DNA of 64,000 nt, taken from positions 4,960,001 to 5,024,000 of the forward strand of contig OZ244587.1 of assembly GCA_965218095.1 (NCBI GenBank), given 5' to 3'. Made by a program: the position numbers and the translations under genes. Origin of the DNA: Candidatus Poribacteria bacterium. GTDB lineage: Bacteria > Poribacteria > WGA-4E > PCPOR2b. Positions 19,910 through 29,666 of this stretch are shown one piece after another (positions within the stretch are counted from its first letter, which is position 1; each line of letters starts with the position of its first letter). The notes beneath the pieces were generated by a model. The model was not told the DNA's origin. It made no database searches and worked only from the letters and a program-made list of their open reading frames with translations.

Positions 19910-20102
19910 GAAAGTGTGCAGGTGAGAAAGTGGGCAGGTGAAGAAAGTGTGCAGGTGAGAAAGTGGGCAGGTGAGAAAGTGGGCAGGTGAGAAAGTGGGC
20001 AGGTGGGAAAGTGAGCAGGTGAGAAAGTGTGCAGGTGAGAAAGTGTGCAGGTGAGAAAGTGTGCAGGTGAGAAAGTAGGGAACGCAGATCTGCGTTCCCT
20101 AC
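19902..20102. repeat. About 11 copies of a 16-bp tandem repeat GCAGGTGAGAAAGTG(T/G), followed by a 28-bp palindrome
   Basis: Read directly from sequence; palindrome at 20075-20102. Confidence 0.92.
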
Positions 20103-20146
20103 TGCTATATTTATGCACACCTCTTGATTATTTGCGTCAATTAGAT

Positions 20147-20207
20147 TTGACATGATTCCCTTTTTTTGCTATACTAAGCAGGCTTTTGAGGCGGGAGTTT
20201 CCGCCTC
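20147..20207 (+). promoter_or_regulatory. Promoter and candidate operator hairpin of hicBA
   Basis: TTGACA-17-TATACT; GAGGCGG-GAGTTT-CCGCCTC inverted repeat. Confidence 0.7.
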
Positions 20208-20231
20208 TTTACATATCAAGGAGATATACCA

Positions 20232-20438
20232 ATGCCCGCTACTTATACAGCTCTGATTGGACAAGAAGGAGATTGGTGGATAGGTTGGGTTCAGGAGGTT
20301 CCGGGGGTAAATTGTCAAGAACGTACCCGTGAGGAACTAATGGATTCACTTAAGACCATTTTGAAAGAGTATATGAGTGAGGATATTGCTCAAGTTTCTG
20401 CCCTAAGAGGCTATGAACAGGTTCCTATTCAGTTATGA
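20232..20438 (+). CDS. hicB: HicB family antitoxin (short form)
   Basis: WWIGWVQEVPGVNCQERTREELM; AAGGAG RBS. Confidence 0.88.
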   Translation: MPATYTALIGQEGDWWIGWVQEVPGVNCQERTREELMDSLKTILKEYMSEDIAQVSALRGYEQVPIQL

Positions 20439-20623
20439 AACGTCGTTCGTTGATACGACATCTCGAACAGAATGACTGCTATCAGTTTAGAGAAGGGGGT
20501 AATCATTCCATATGGCGGAATGATGCTACCGGTCAGAGGTCATCTGTGCCAAGGCACAATGAGATTATGGATATTCTTGTCAAGAAAATCTGTAGGGATT
20601 TGGGTATTCCTTCGCCGAATTGA
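20435..20623 (+). CDS. hicA: HicA family mRNA interferase toxin
   Basis: REGGNHSIW, SVPRHNEI, KICRDLGI; ATGA overlap with hicB. Confidence 0.9.
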   Translation: MKRRSLIRHLEQNDCYQFREGGNHSIWRNDATGQRSSVPRHNEIMDILVKKICRDLGIPSPN

Positions 20624-20706
20624 TTGCTATCCCGTGGTACTCACTGGGTTGCTTTCTGTATGGCAGTTCTCAGCGTTGGCTGATAACATATTGAGCATGA
20701 TATCTC

Positions 20707-20756
20707 GTAGGGAACGCAGATCTGCGTTCCCTACAAACGGAAATGCGTAAGTCCTA
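20707..20756. repeat. 28-bp palindrome plus AAACGGAAATGCGTAAGTCCTA module
   Basis: 50-bp module identical to 17834-17883 except one base. Confidence 0.85.
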
Positions 20757-20783
20757 ATGTATAATTAAGAAGGAGGAAAAAAC

Positions 20784-21182
20784 GTGAGTAGTACAGTAGT
20801 GGAGGTTATTACAGCCATATTATCGCCTGCTGTATTAGGCTTGTTTTGTTTAATAATTAACCATCGGATTAGTGATATTAGCAATAGCTTTAACAAACGG
20901 TTTGATGATATTAACAATAGTTTTAACAAACGATTTGATGAAATAGGTAATCGGATTAGTGATATTAACAATAGCTTTAACGGTCGGTTTGATGATATTA
21001 ACAATCGGTTTGATGATATTAACAATAGCTTTAACAATCGATTTGATGATATTAACAATCGGTTTGATGACTTGCGTGCGCAAATGAGCAGAGAATACGA
21101 TAATTTGACGAAAAAAGTAGATGCTATTGACCAGAAACTTACTCACCACATCAACGATTACAGTAAGCATACAAAAGCCTGA
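20784..21182 (+). CDS. AT-rich membrane-anchored coiled-coil repeat protein (FDDINN repeats)
   Basis: AGGAGG RBS and GTG start; N-terminal TM helix; mixed 11-aa and 7-aa repeats. Confidence 0.75.
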   Translation: MSSTVVEVITAILSPAVLGLFCLIINHRISDISNSFNKRFDDINNSFNKRFDEIGNRISDINNSFNGRFDDINNRFDDINNSFNNRFDDINNRFDDLRAQMSREYDNLTKKVDAIDQKLTHHINDYSKHTKA

Positions 21183-21186
21183 GGAA

Positions 21187-21455
21187 AAAGACTGGAAGGT
21201 TGGAAGGTTGGATTTCCGAATCCTGCGTTCAAGCCCCCATCCCTCTGAAGATTCCCCCCTTGGGCAGGGGGTGTGAGTTCTCCCCCTTGAGAAGGGGGGC
21301 TAGGGGGGGTTAGGAAGAAAGACTGGAAGGTTGGAAGGGATGGAAGGTTGGGTTTCCGAATCCTGCGTTCAAGCCCCCATCCCTCTGAAGATTCTCCCCT
21401 TGGGCAGGGGGCGTGAGTTCTCCCCCTTGAGAAGGGGGGCTAGGGGGGTTAGGAA
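21187..21455. repeat. Two tandem ~135-bp G/C-run hairpin elements (related copy at 17173-17238)
   Basis: TGGAAGG(T) octamers followed by CGAATCCTGCGTTCAAGCCCCCATCCCTCTGAAG and CCCCCTTGAGAAGGGGG hairpins, duplicated. Confidence 0.85.
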
Positions 21456-21511
21456 TAAAGAGTAGTGCAGCGTTGCGGAAGTCCTTTACCAGTTAGAAAC
21501 CGATACCATTT

Positions 21512-21544
21512 AGAAACCGAGTTTTTGCTAAAAACTCGGTTTCT
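21512..21544. repeat. AGAAACCG...CGGTTTCT palindrome (second copy at 54053-54085)
   Basis: 15-bp stem with 3-nt loop. Confidence 0.75.
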
Positions 21545-21702
21545 CCTCACTATAAATGATTTTTTTGACCAAAAATTATGAAACCCCCACTCTCCCATTC
21601 GCGTAAACTCTCAGCGTACTATTCTGATCTACCTACTTCCCGACGCTGCGGAAAACATCGTGACTTTTTCTAGTAAAAAGTTATATTTCTTTAAATAAAG
21701 TC

Positions 21703-21731
21703 TTGACAGATTTTTCAATCTATTGTATTAT
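21703..21731 (+). promoter_or_regulatory. Strong sigma70 promoter of the giant surface-protein locus
   Basis: TTGACA-17-TATTAT; upstream imperfect inverted repeat GACTTTTT...AAAAAGTT. Confidence 0.75.
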
Positions 21732-21979
21732 AAGGCATCTTTAATTCTGGAAGGAGGAATTATGGGGGATATTCTGTGTGGGGTTGACCGACTTTCGTTG
21801 GGGGGACCGCCCCAAATGAACCCGGTTTCCATATCTTCATGTTTTACATTCTTACACGAAAGGATTTTATTTTTATGATAGAGCAGAAAGACGCATCGAA
21901 ACTAAGTGATGGGCTTCATGTTAAAAATAGATTTAACGCAAACTTGTTAACCCAAAAAAAGATAGGAGGAAAACAGACA

Positions 21980-24900
21980 ATGGGTAATCAAGGTACGAAA
22001 AATTGGAAATTAGGCGCGTTCTTTGCGGTCAGCTTGATGCTGATTGCGGGCTTGTTCAGTAACGCCGCAATTGCAGGGGATGGCGATGGAATGATAACGG
22101 TGCAATGGGACGACGAGGCGGAGGGTAGTCCTTCCGAAACCACTACTGCGGACCCGCTTCCTGCCGCTGGCCCTAGTACGCTAGAGTTTACCTATACCAG
22201 CACGGTAGATATGTCCGGTGGAATGCTTCAGATTCTGATTCCAAGTGGTTGGACGCCGGTTAAAATTGCGGCAGACATTGAAACTACCGACGATCTTGAC
22301 GAGACAACCTTATTCCAAAACGTAACCATCGTCGATGATGATGATGTTACTTTACTCGGTACAAACGCCACCGGGCGAATCAACGTGGCAGAGGGTGACC
22401 AGATAACCGAGAACGGTAAGGTGACGACACTCTCCGGCGAAAAGATAGAGGTCACGCTTGGAACTAACTGGAGTGACGGTGGAACCCTGACAATCACGCT
22501 AGGTAATGTCACTGTTGCTACCCCCTCGAGTCTGGCTTTCATCGAAGGTGCTAACACGCAGCCTTATGCGAGTTATCGATTCACGACCCGATCCAAAGCC
22601 AAAGATGGTATTCGTCTTACCAGATTGAAGCCAACCACCGATGAAAACGGTGACCCGGTAGATCCGCAACCGCGTGTCAGGGTTAGCAATATTATACCTG
22701 GAGCCGGCGACGTTACCATTGAGCCGACAGTGTCGTACGAAGGGGAAGAAGCCACCTTCTTAATCAATTTTGAGGCGACCGGTCCGATGTACGATTTTGT
22801 TGATGAGGACGCAGCAATCACCGATAGTGATATCCAGATTCAAATTGCCAGCGGGCGCACCGGTTTTGGCGTTGCAGAACCAACCGAGGACGTGGACAAT
22901 GTCAAGGTGGATTACAAAAGTCCTGGCGTCAGGTTTGAGAGTGGCATGGACCGTGTGGTAGTTGGCGCTGATAATGTGATAACAGTCAACATCAACCAGA
23001 TGAACGCAGGCGATCAAGTTCACATCTCCTATGGACCCGTTACAATTAGCAATATCGGCGCGGATGATGACAGCTTCCCCGCGGATGTGAGTGTTTTCCA
23101 GGTGAGCACAAGGACCTCCGGCGATAGCGGTTCTACCCCCCTTGTTGATGGCGATGTGGCAGGCGGGCGGACGCAGGCAGAAGAGGGGTCTGGAACAGTC
23201 ACCCTTTCGCCCGATGTTGTTGATGCCGGTAAAACCAATCGTACGTTCACCTTTACCTATGAGGCGGACACCGAGATCACAGGCGATTTAGTGATTACTG
23301 TGAATGGAATTGATCCAGATGACCCTAACACAGAAATCACAGACAGCATCCTAGCAGAAACAAATCTAACGCTTCAGTCTACGACGGAAGACGCTTACGC
23401 TTATGTTTCCAGTCCGGATACCGATATAACGCCTGAATTTCTTGGTGCCCCTAGCCCCACGCCCACAATCACGTGGAGAAATCTAACCGTTAAAAAGGAT
23501 ACGTTGTTCAAGACCGTCGTGGCAAACGTGAATGTCTCGAAAAATACCGGTATATACCCGTGGACCACAGAGGTAAGTATACCTGAGACACCTAGTACAG
23601 TTGGTGATGTAGTCGATGGTACAGATGTGACCATGCAGGTCAATCTCTACGTCATAGAGGCAGAGCCGGAGAGCGTTCAAATAGGTGCGGATCGCAGCAG
23701 TATCTTCGCAGCAGACGAGACAACCATAACCTTCACGTTTACAGCGGATGACACGCCGATAAGGAATGGTAGCGTCCGGTTCATTACTCCACCGAATTGG
23801 ACAGAACCTACCACTGATGAGGATACACCGGGTAGGATAACAGGTCCTGCAGCAGACGATATTAGCATATCTAAGGTGCGTACAGGGGTGTATGCAGGGG
23901 GGTATTCAGTCACCGTTGCAGTCAAAGATCTGGCAACAGATGATGTCCTTAGTATTAAATACGGTGATGGAAAAGCCGCTGTTGTGCAGTCTAACGCCGG
24001 AACGGTCTCAATCCCCGGGTACTTTAAGGCATCTTCAGACTCCCCGGAACGCAGCGCAGGGAGCATTGAGATAGATGTCACAAATGTCGACGACGGTGGC
24101 GGTACTGCGACGATAGCTGAGACCTCAACTGGGACCTCCGTCAGGGCGGGTAGTGCCAATAACGAGATGGTCGCGCGATTCGAGACGCAGGGAACGATGG
24201 ATGGCGGTAGTGTGAGTTTCCAGATCCCCGACGGTTGGGGTGACATGCAGCGAGATCCACTGGAGCGTAACTACATCAACGTAACCACGCGTGGTGGATC
24301 GTTGGTAGATGTTGATTATGGAAACAGAATCGTTATCGCGAATCTGAACACGCTTAGGCCCGAAGGTACTGTCACATTTAGCTACGGCGGTAGCCAAGGT
24401 ATCTCTGCGAACAAAGGCGCCGAGGCTGACACAGAAATCCGCATCTCCACATTCACCATTCAATCGGATGGGAATGGCGATGGTAGGTTCAAGCGTGTCG
24501 TAGGCAGCAGAGCACTGGCTGATGTGGAGGAAACCAACCCCGACGGTCTCGGAGAGGTCTTCACAGATAATCCTGGAGAGCTTAAGGTTAGGATCACCGG
24601 TGCAGCCGACGGTACAGGTACGGCGACGGTTGCAACCGAGGAGACCAAAGCGGGTACACAGACCTACAAAGATGAGCAGGGTGAGGATGTACAAGATATG
24701 CGCATCCACGCCGGTGACGACAGCACCTATCTCAAGTTCACCTACACACCAGGTCAGACCATCAAAGAGGGACAGTTGACGTTCACCGTCCCCAGCGGAT
24801 GGACCAATCCACAAGGTGAGGATCCAGGGGCTCCCGGTTATACCCGTGTCCGTGGTGGACAGCCCGCTCAGTTCGACGGAGAAGGTTCTCTGACCGTGGA

Positions 24901-27900
24901 CATCATCACGCTTGATAAGACGGAGCCCATTGAGATTCACTACGGTGAGTATCAATTTGGAGGGACAGAGGGCGGTGCTATAGCACCCGATGTCGCGACC
25001 CCTAGCAGTGAATTCGACATTTTGATCAAGGGTACTAAAAATGGTACTCCTGACTCGATCAGGGACCATCGCGATACCATGCTTGATGTAGAGGTCTGGT
25101 CACAGGCAAGTGGCGGCGGCATGGCTATGATCGAGGTGACGGATGATATAGGAGAACTCAGTGCCGGCGATATGGGGCGCGAGCTCACTATTACCTACAC
25201 CGCTTCCGGTGAACTTAAAAATGGCGCGCTCAAGTTGACCACACCCGAGGAATGGTCGGCTCCGGCGGGTGCCAACGTTGAGATCTCCTCAACAGGCAGC
25301 ACCGGCAGGGAGAGGCATGGTGGCGATTATGGAGAAGATGATACTCTGCCCGACGATCTTAAGGCTCGTGAGGTCATCGTTGAGGGTGTCAACTTAGATG
25401 CGGGGCAAACCGTCACCTTCGTCTATAAGGGTGTGATGGTGCAGCCGACAGCGGCGACCGGTGTCGCATTCGGGGTTGCGTCTATGGGCAGCGAAGGTCC
25501 CGGTATGGACTTCATCGATCTCGATGATCTGACAGTCGATGTCGGAGAGGCGGCAGCCGGCTCCGGTATGGCGATGGTAGATCCGATGTTTGTCACAGCA
25601 GGGTCTAGCGGGAATATCCTTACCTTCACCTACACTGTGGCGGGTGAGGCTACCTACCCGAGAGATATCCGTATCGCAGTTCCCGAAGGTTGGTCAAAGC
25701 CGGGCGATGTAGCAGATGAGGGCACCTACACAGTGACGCTCATGCGTGGCGGCAAAGCGGAAACGGGTGTTGTCGAAGGAAAGAGTCCGATTGAGGGCAG
25801 TATGGTCGCTCGCGTCCAAGCAGGCAGTAAGGGCGCGGAGGGCGGTGATATGGTTATGTTTGAATACCAGAACGCCGACGCACCCACATCACCGGGACCC
25901 TCCATGTTCGCAGTCTCTTTCGATGGCAGAGATATTGATGAGAGTCCTAGTGTGCTCGTTCAATTAGCCGTGCCCGTCGTGACGGCTTCAGCATCTCCAG
26001 AGATAGCCAAAAACGGCGCCTTGGTTACCATAACCGCCGAGAGCAGTGAATCTGGTTTGTCAGTTTCAGCGAATGTATCTATGCTGGATTCGACGCAGAC
26101 AGAGATGATTTCACTGATGGAGGCAGATGGAGATGGTACATATATCGGTTCGTTCACTATCAGCAATGAGAACGAAGCGGATGACGGTCCCCAAACGATT
26201 ACTGTGACGGCGACAAACGGCGCTGGCAACAGCGGAACGCCGGAAGATCCGGTGACTGTGACTCTTGATAATACGGATCCCGTCGTGACGGCTTCAGCAT
26301 CTCCAGAGATAGCCAAAAACGGCGCCTTGGTTACCATAACCGCCGAGAGCAGTGAGTCTGGTTTGTCAGTTTCAGCGGATGTATCTATGCTGGATTCGAC
26401 GCAGACAGAGATGATTTCACTGATGGAGGCAGATGGTACATATATCGGTTCGTTCACTATCAGCAATGAGAACGAAGCGGATGACGGTCCCCAAACGATT
26501 ACCGTGATGGCGACAGACGGCGTTGGCAACAGCGGAACGCCGGAAGATCCGGTGACTGTGACTCTTGATAATACGGATCCCGTCGTGACGGCTTCAGCAT
26601 CTCCAGAGATAGCCAAAAACGGCGCCTTGGTTACCATAACCGCCGAGAGCAGTGAGTCTGGTTTGTCAGTTTCAGCGGATGTATCTATGCTGGATTCGAC
26701 GCAGACAGAGATGATTTCACTGATGGAGGCAGATGGTACATATATCGGTTCGTTCACTATCAGCAATGAGAACGAAGCGGATGACGGTCCCCAAACGATT
26801 ACCGTGATGGCGACAGACGGCGTTGGCAACAGTGGAATGCCGGAAGATCCGGTGACTGTGACTCTTGATAATACGGATCCCGTCGTGACGGCTTCAGCAT
26901 CTCTAGAGAAAGCCGCAAACGGCGACGAGGTTACCATAACCGCCGAGAGCAGTGAGTCTGGTTTGTCAGTTTCAGCGGATGTATCTATGCTGGATTCGAC
27001 GCAGACAGAGATGATTTCACTGGATGAGGCAGATGGTACATATATCGGTTCGTTCACTATCAGCAATGAGAACGTAGCGGATGACGGTGACCAAACGATT
27101 ACCGTGACGGCGACAGACAGCGCTGGCAACAGCGGAACGCCGGAAGATCCGGTGACTGTGACTCTTGATAATACGGATCCCGTCGTGACGGCTTCAGCAT
27201 CTCCAGAGATAGCCAAAAACGGCGACGAGGTTACCATAACCGCCGAGAGCAGTGAATCTGGTTTGTCAGTTTCAGCGGATGTATCTATGCTGGATTCGAC
27301 GCAGACAGAGATGATTTCACTGGATGAGGCAGATGGTACATATATCGGTTCGTTCACTATCAGCAATGAGAACGAAGCGGATGACGGTCCCCAAACGATT
27401 ACCGTGGAGGCGATAAACGGCGTTGGCAACAAGGGAACGTCGGAAGCTATGGTGACTCTTGATAATACGGATCCCGTCGTGACGGTTTCAGCATCCCCAG
27501 AGATAGCCACAAACGGTGATACGATTGAGATCACGGCTACGGTTGAGGACGCAGGAGAAGTATCCCCCGTTATGGCGGATGTCTCTATGCTGGATTCAAC
27601 CCAAATGGATCTGATTGCACTGATAATGGCAGATGGTTCCTACATCGGTTCGTTCACTATCAGCGATGAGAACGAAGCGGAGTACGGAATGCAAGAAATC
27701 ACTGTAGCCGTGGAGGACGCTGCTGGCAACAGTGGAATGGGTTCTGCAATGGTTGACCTGCAAATGGTAGAAATTACCTCCGTTACGGTTACTCCACTCG
27801 CGAAGGTAGGTGAGATGGTAACCGTCATGGCAATGGGTACGCCCGGTAAAGAGGCAATGTTCTCAGTGGGTTCGATTGTCACCGATAAGCCGATGACAGA

Positions 27901-29521
27901 GGGGGAAAGTGGCTCGTATAGCGGCTACTTCACCGTCGTTGTCGATCAGCACGCAGACGGTACGTACGATGTGACTGTCAATCTCAGTAAGGAAAGCGAA
28001 ATTAAGGAAGGCGCCTTAACCATTGACAGTACCGCGCCAGTGGTAACGGCATCGGCGTCTCCAGCGACTGCTGCAAACGGTGATATGGTTACCATCACGG
28101 CTATGGTTGAAGACGCAGGAGAGATATCCTCCGTCATGGCGAATGTCTCTATGCTGGATTCAATGCAAACGGAGATGGTTACACTGACAATGGCAGATGG
28201 TTCCTACATCGGTTCGTTCACTATCAGCGATGAGAACGAAGCAGAGAACGGAATGCAAGAAATCACTGTAACCGCAATGGATGCCGCTGGCAACGATGGA
28301 ATGGATTCTGCAATGGTTGAGTTGAAAAACGAGCTGGAATACACCTCAATGATACCGGCAGGTATCAGCCTGTTCCACGTACCGTTGGATGTTGAGGAAC
28401 TCGACACCGTGGGCAATCTCGCCGAGATGCTTGGGGATGCTGTCAATCTCCTCATCACCCGTGACACCGCTTCAGGGTCATGGGAAAGCGATACCAGTGA
28501 TATGCCGATTACAGCCGATCTCGGGATCGTCCTTTCGATGAAGACCGCGATGGAGGTCACTTTCACCGGCCATCCGTGGGGTGACGACACATCAATGATA
28601 AGTCTCATGGAGGGACATAATCTCATAGGGTTGCCCCTCAACGATTCAAGAGTGTCGAAAGTCAGTGACATCATGGGTCTGTTTGGTGAGGACGTAATCA
28701 CAGGCGTAATTGTTTCGGATGAGGGTACATTCCGATCAGTCATACAAGCTGATGATCCAGGCGACAATCCCGTCGCAGGCGATGCCTCCTATCTCGTAAC
28801 GGCGACCGCCGATGAGACTGTGATGGTCATGGGTGAAGGTTGGAGCAATGGCGGCGGCGCTGCTGCCGCGCCAATTGCGCTCATCGGACACAAGGTTGAC
28901 AACCAGACCCCTGTCCTGCTTGCCGAAGGTTCCGTCGTTGACGAGCTCACCGGGTTGGCAAAAGAAGGCTTCCGTGTCAAGGTTAAGAACCTGTCAACGA
29001 GAGCCTCGCTCAGTTCCATCTCTCAGAGTGACGCCGAAAACGGCTACGACATGACCTTTGTGAATCTGACTACAGGCAATGCGGCACGGGTCGGGGATGT
29101 CCTTGAGATTTCCGCTGATTCACCGGATCCGCTGATTGGCATCCAACCGTTGCGTCATATCATCACCGTTGATGATGTGAGAAATAGCCGGATCCAGTTG
29201 GAGAATCTCATCGCGTATGAGATTCCCGCAGAGACGGAGTTACTTCGGAACTACCCGAATCCGTTCAATCCCGAAACATGGATTCCATTCCAGTTGGCGG
29301 AAGATGCTGTCGTAACGTTGACCATCTACGATACCGCCGGACGGGTTGTACGAGGCATTGATATTGGGCATCAGCCTGCTGCGATGTATGAGACCAGAGC
29401 GAAAGCGATCTATTGGGATGGTCGTAACGACTTTGGCGAGCAGGTCGCCAGCGGGATTTACTTCTATAACTTGAGCGCCGGAGAGTTCTCAGGGACTCGC
29501 AAGATGCTCATCCTGAAGTAG
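21980..29521 (+). CDS. Giant acidic secreted/surface protein with Ig-like repeats and T9SS/FlgD-like CTD
   Basis: AGGAGG RBS; signal peptide; beta-rich repeats; seven ~100-aa repeats; C-terminal NYPNPFNPETWIPFQL...YWDGRN...SGIYFY. Confidence 0.9.
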   Translation: MGNQGTKNWKLGAFFAVSLMLIAGLFSNAAIAGDGDGMITVQWDDEAEGSPSETTTADPLPAAGPSTLEFTYTSTVDMSGGMLQILIPSGWTPVKIAADIETTDDLDETTLFQNVTIVDDDDVTLLGTNATGRINVAEGDQITENGKVTTLSGEKIEVTLGTNWSDGGTLTITLGNVTVATPSSLAFIEGANTQPYASYRFTTRSKAKDGIRLTRLKPTTDENGDPVDPQPRVRVSNIIPGAGDVTIEPTVSYEGEEATFLINFEATGPMYDFVDEDAAITDSDIQIQIASGRTGFGVAEPTEDVDNVKVDYKSPGVRFESGMDRVVVGADNVITVNINQMNAGDQVHISYGPVTISNIGADDDSFPADVSVFQVSTRTSGDSGSTPLVDGDVAGGRTQAEEGSGTVTLSPDVVDAGKTNRTFTFTYEADTEITGDLVITVNGIDPDDPNTEITDSILAETNLTLQSTTEDAYAYVSSPDTDITPEFLGAPSPTPTITWRNLTVKKDTLFKTVVANVNVSKNTGIYPWTTEVSIPETPSTVGDVVDGTDVTMQVNLYVIEAEPESVQIGADRSSIFAADETTITFTFTADDTPIRNGSVRFITPPNWTEPTTDEDTPGRITGPAADDISISKVRTGVYAGGYSVTVAVKDLATDDVLSIKYGDGKAAVVQSNAGTVSIPGYFKASSDSPERSAGSIEIDVTNVDDGGGTATIAETSTGTSVRAGSANNEMVARFETQGTMDGGSVSFQIPDGWGDMQRDPLERNYINVTTRGGSLVDVDYGNRIVIANLNTLRPEGTVTFSYGGSQGISANKGAEADTEIRISTFTIQSDGNGDGRFKRVVGSRALADVEETNPDGLGEVFTDNPGELKVRITGAADGTGTATVATEETKAGTQTYKDEQGEDVQDMRIHAGDDSTYLKFTYTPGQTIKEGQLTFTVPSGWTNPQGEDPGAPGYTRVRGGQPAQFDGEGSLTVDIITLDKTEPIEIHYGEYQFGGTEGGAIAPDVATPSSEFDILIKGTKNGTPDSIRDHRDTMLDVEVWSQASGGGMAMIEVTDDIGELSAGDMGRELTITYTASGELKNGALKLTTPEEWSAPAGANVEISSTGSTGRERHGGDYGEDDTLPDDLKAREVIVEGVNLDAGQTVTFVYKGVMVQPTAATGVAFGVASMGSEGPGMDFIDLDDLTVDVGEAAAGSGMAMVDPMFVTAGSSGNILTFTYTVAGEATYPRDIRIAVPEGWSKPGDVADEGTYTVTLMRGGKAETGVVEGKSPIEGSMVARVQAGSKGAEGGDMVMFEYQNADAPTSPGPSMFAVSFDGRDIDESPSVLVQLAVPVVTASASPEIAKNGALVTITAESSESGLSVSANVSMLDSTQTEMISLMEADGDGTYIGSFTISNENEADDGPQTITVTATNGAGNSGTPEDPVTVTLDNTDPVVTASASPEIAKNGALVTITAESSESGLSVSADVSMLDSTQTEMISLMEADGTYIGSFTISNENEADDGPQTITVMATDGVGNSGTPEDPVTVTLDNTDPVVTASASPEIAKNGALVTITAESSESGLSVSADVSMLDSTQTEMISLMEADGTYIGSFTISNENEADDGPQTITVMATDGVGNSGMPEDPVTVTLDNTDPVVTASASLEKAANGDEVTITAESSESGLSVSADVSMLDSTQTEMISLDEADGTYIGSFTISNENVADDGDQTITVTATDSAGNSGTPEDPVTVTLDNTDPVVTASASPEIAKNGDEVTITAESSESGLSVSADVSMLDSTQTEMISLDEADGTYIGSFTISNENEADDGPQTITVEAINGVGNKGTSEAMVTLDNTDPVVTVSASPEIATNGDTIEITATVEDAGEVSPVMADVSMLDSTQMDLIALIMADGSYIGSFTISDENEAEYGMQEITVAVEDAAGNSGMGSAMVDLQMVEITSVTVTPLAKVGEMVTVMAMGTPGKEAMFSVGSIVTDKPMTEGESGSYSGYFTVVVDQHADGTYDVTVNLSKESEIKEGALTIDSTAPVVTASASPATAANGDMVTITAMVEDAGEISSVMANVSMLDSMQTEMVTLTMADGSYIGSFTISDENEAENGMQEITVTAMDAAGNDGMDSAMVELKNELEYTSMIPAGISLFHVPLDVEELDTVGNLAEMLGDAVNLLITRDTASGSWESDTSDMPITADLGIVLSMKTAMEVTFTGHPWGDDTSMISLMEGHNLIGLPLNDSRVSKVSDIMGLFGEDVITGVIVSDEGTFRSVIQADDPGDNPVAGDASYLVTATADETVMVMGEGWSNGGGAAAAPIALIGHKVDNQTPVLLAEGSVVDELTGLAKEGFRVKVKNLSTRASLSSISQSDAENGYDMTFVNLTTGNAARVGDVLEISADSPDPLIGIQPLRHIITVDDVRNSRIQLENLIAYEIPAETELLRNYPNPFNPETWIPFQLAEDAVVTLTIYDTAGRVVRGIDIGHQPAAMYETRAKAIYWDGRNDFGEQVASGIYFYNLSAGEFSGTRKMLILK
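25973..27500 (+). repeat. Five near-identical ~300-bp coding tandem repeats (306, 300, 300, 300, 294 bp)
   Basis: CCCGTCGTGACGG(C/T)TTCAGCATC recurs at 25973, 26279, 26579, 26879, 27179, 27473. Confidence 0.93.
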
Positions 29522-29545
29522 ACGTCGCTATACAGTCACTTGACG

Positions 29546-29591
29546 TAGCTGTTAAATGCCTCAACTCTGAGGCATTTAACAGCTATTTTTT
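29546..29591 (+). terminator. Rho-independent terminator
   Basis: 18-bp stem TAGCTGTTAAATGCCTCA/TGAGGCATTTAACAGCTA followed by a T-run. Confidence 0.85.
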
Positions 29592-29666
29592 GTGTAAAAA
29601 CCCAAAATTCTAAATTGGTATACGACATTAGATTGTACCGATAGGAACTCTCAGGAGGATAGATTA

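Noticed and set aside
19719-20153. ORFs with HFLTC/PTFSP repeats
   Set aside because: Translations of the non-coding 16-bp tandem repeat
25960-27534. 524-aa minus-strand ORF
   Set aside because: Antisense shadow of the 300-bp repeats
3248-29521. Diversity-generating retroelement acting on the repeat proteins
   Set aside because: No reverse transcriptase, and no template/variable repeat pair with adenine-specific differences
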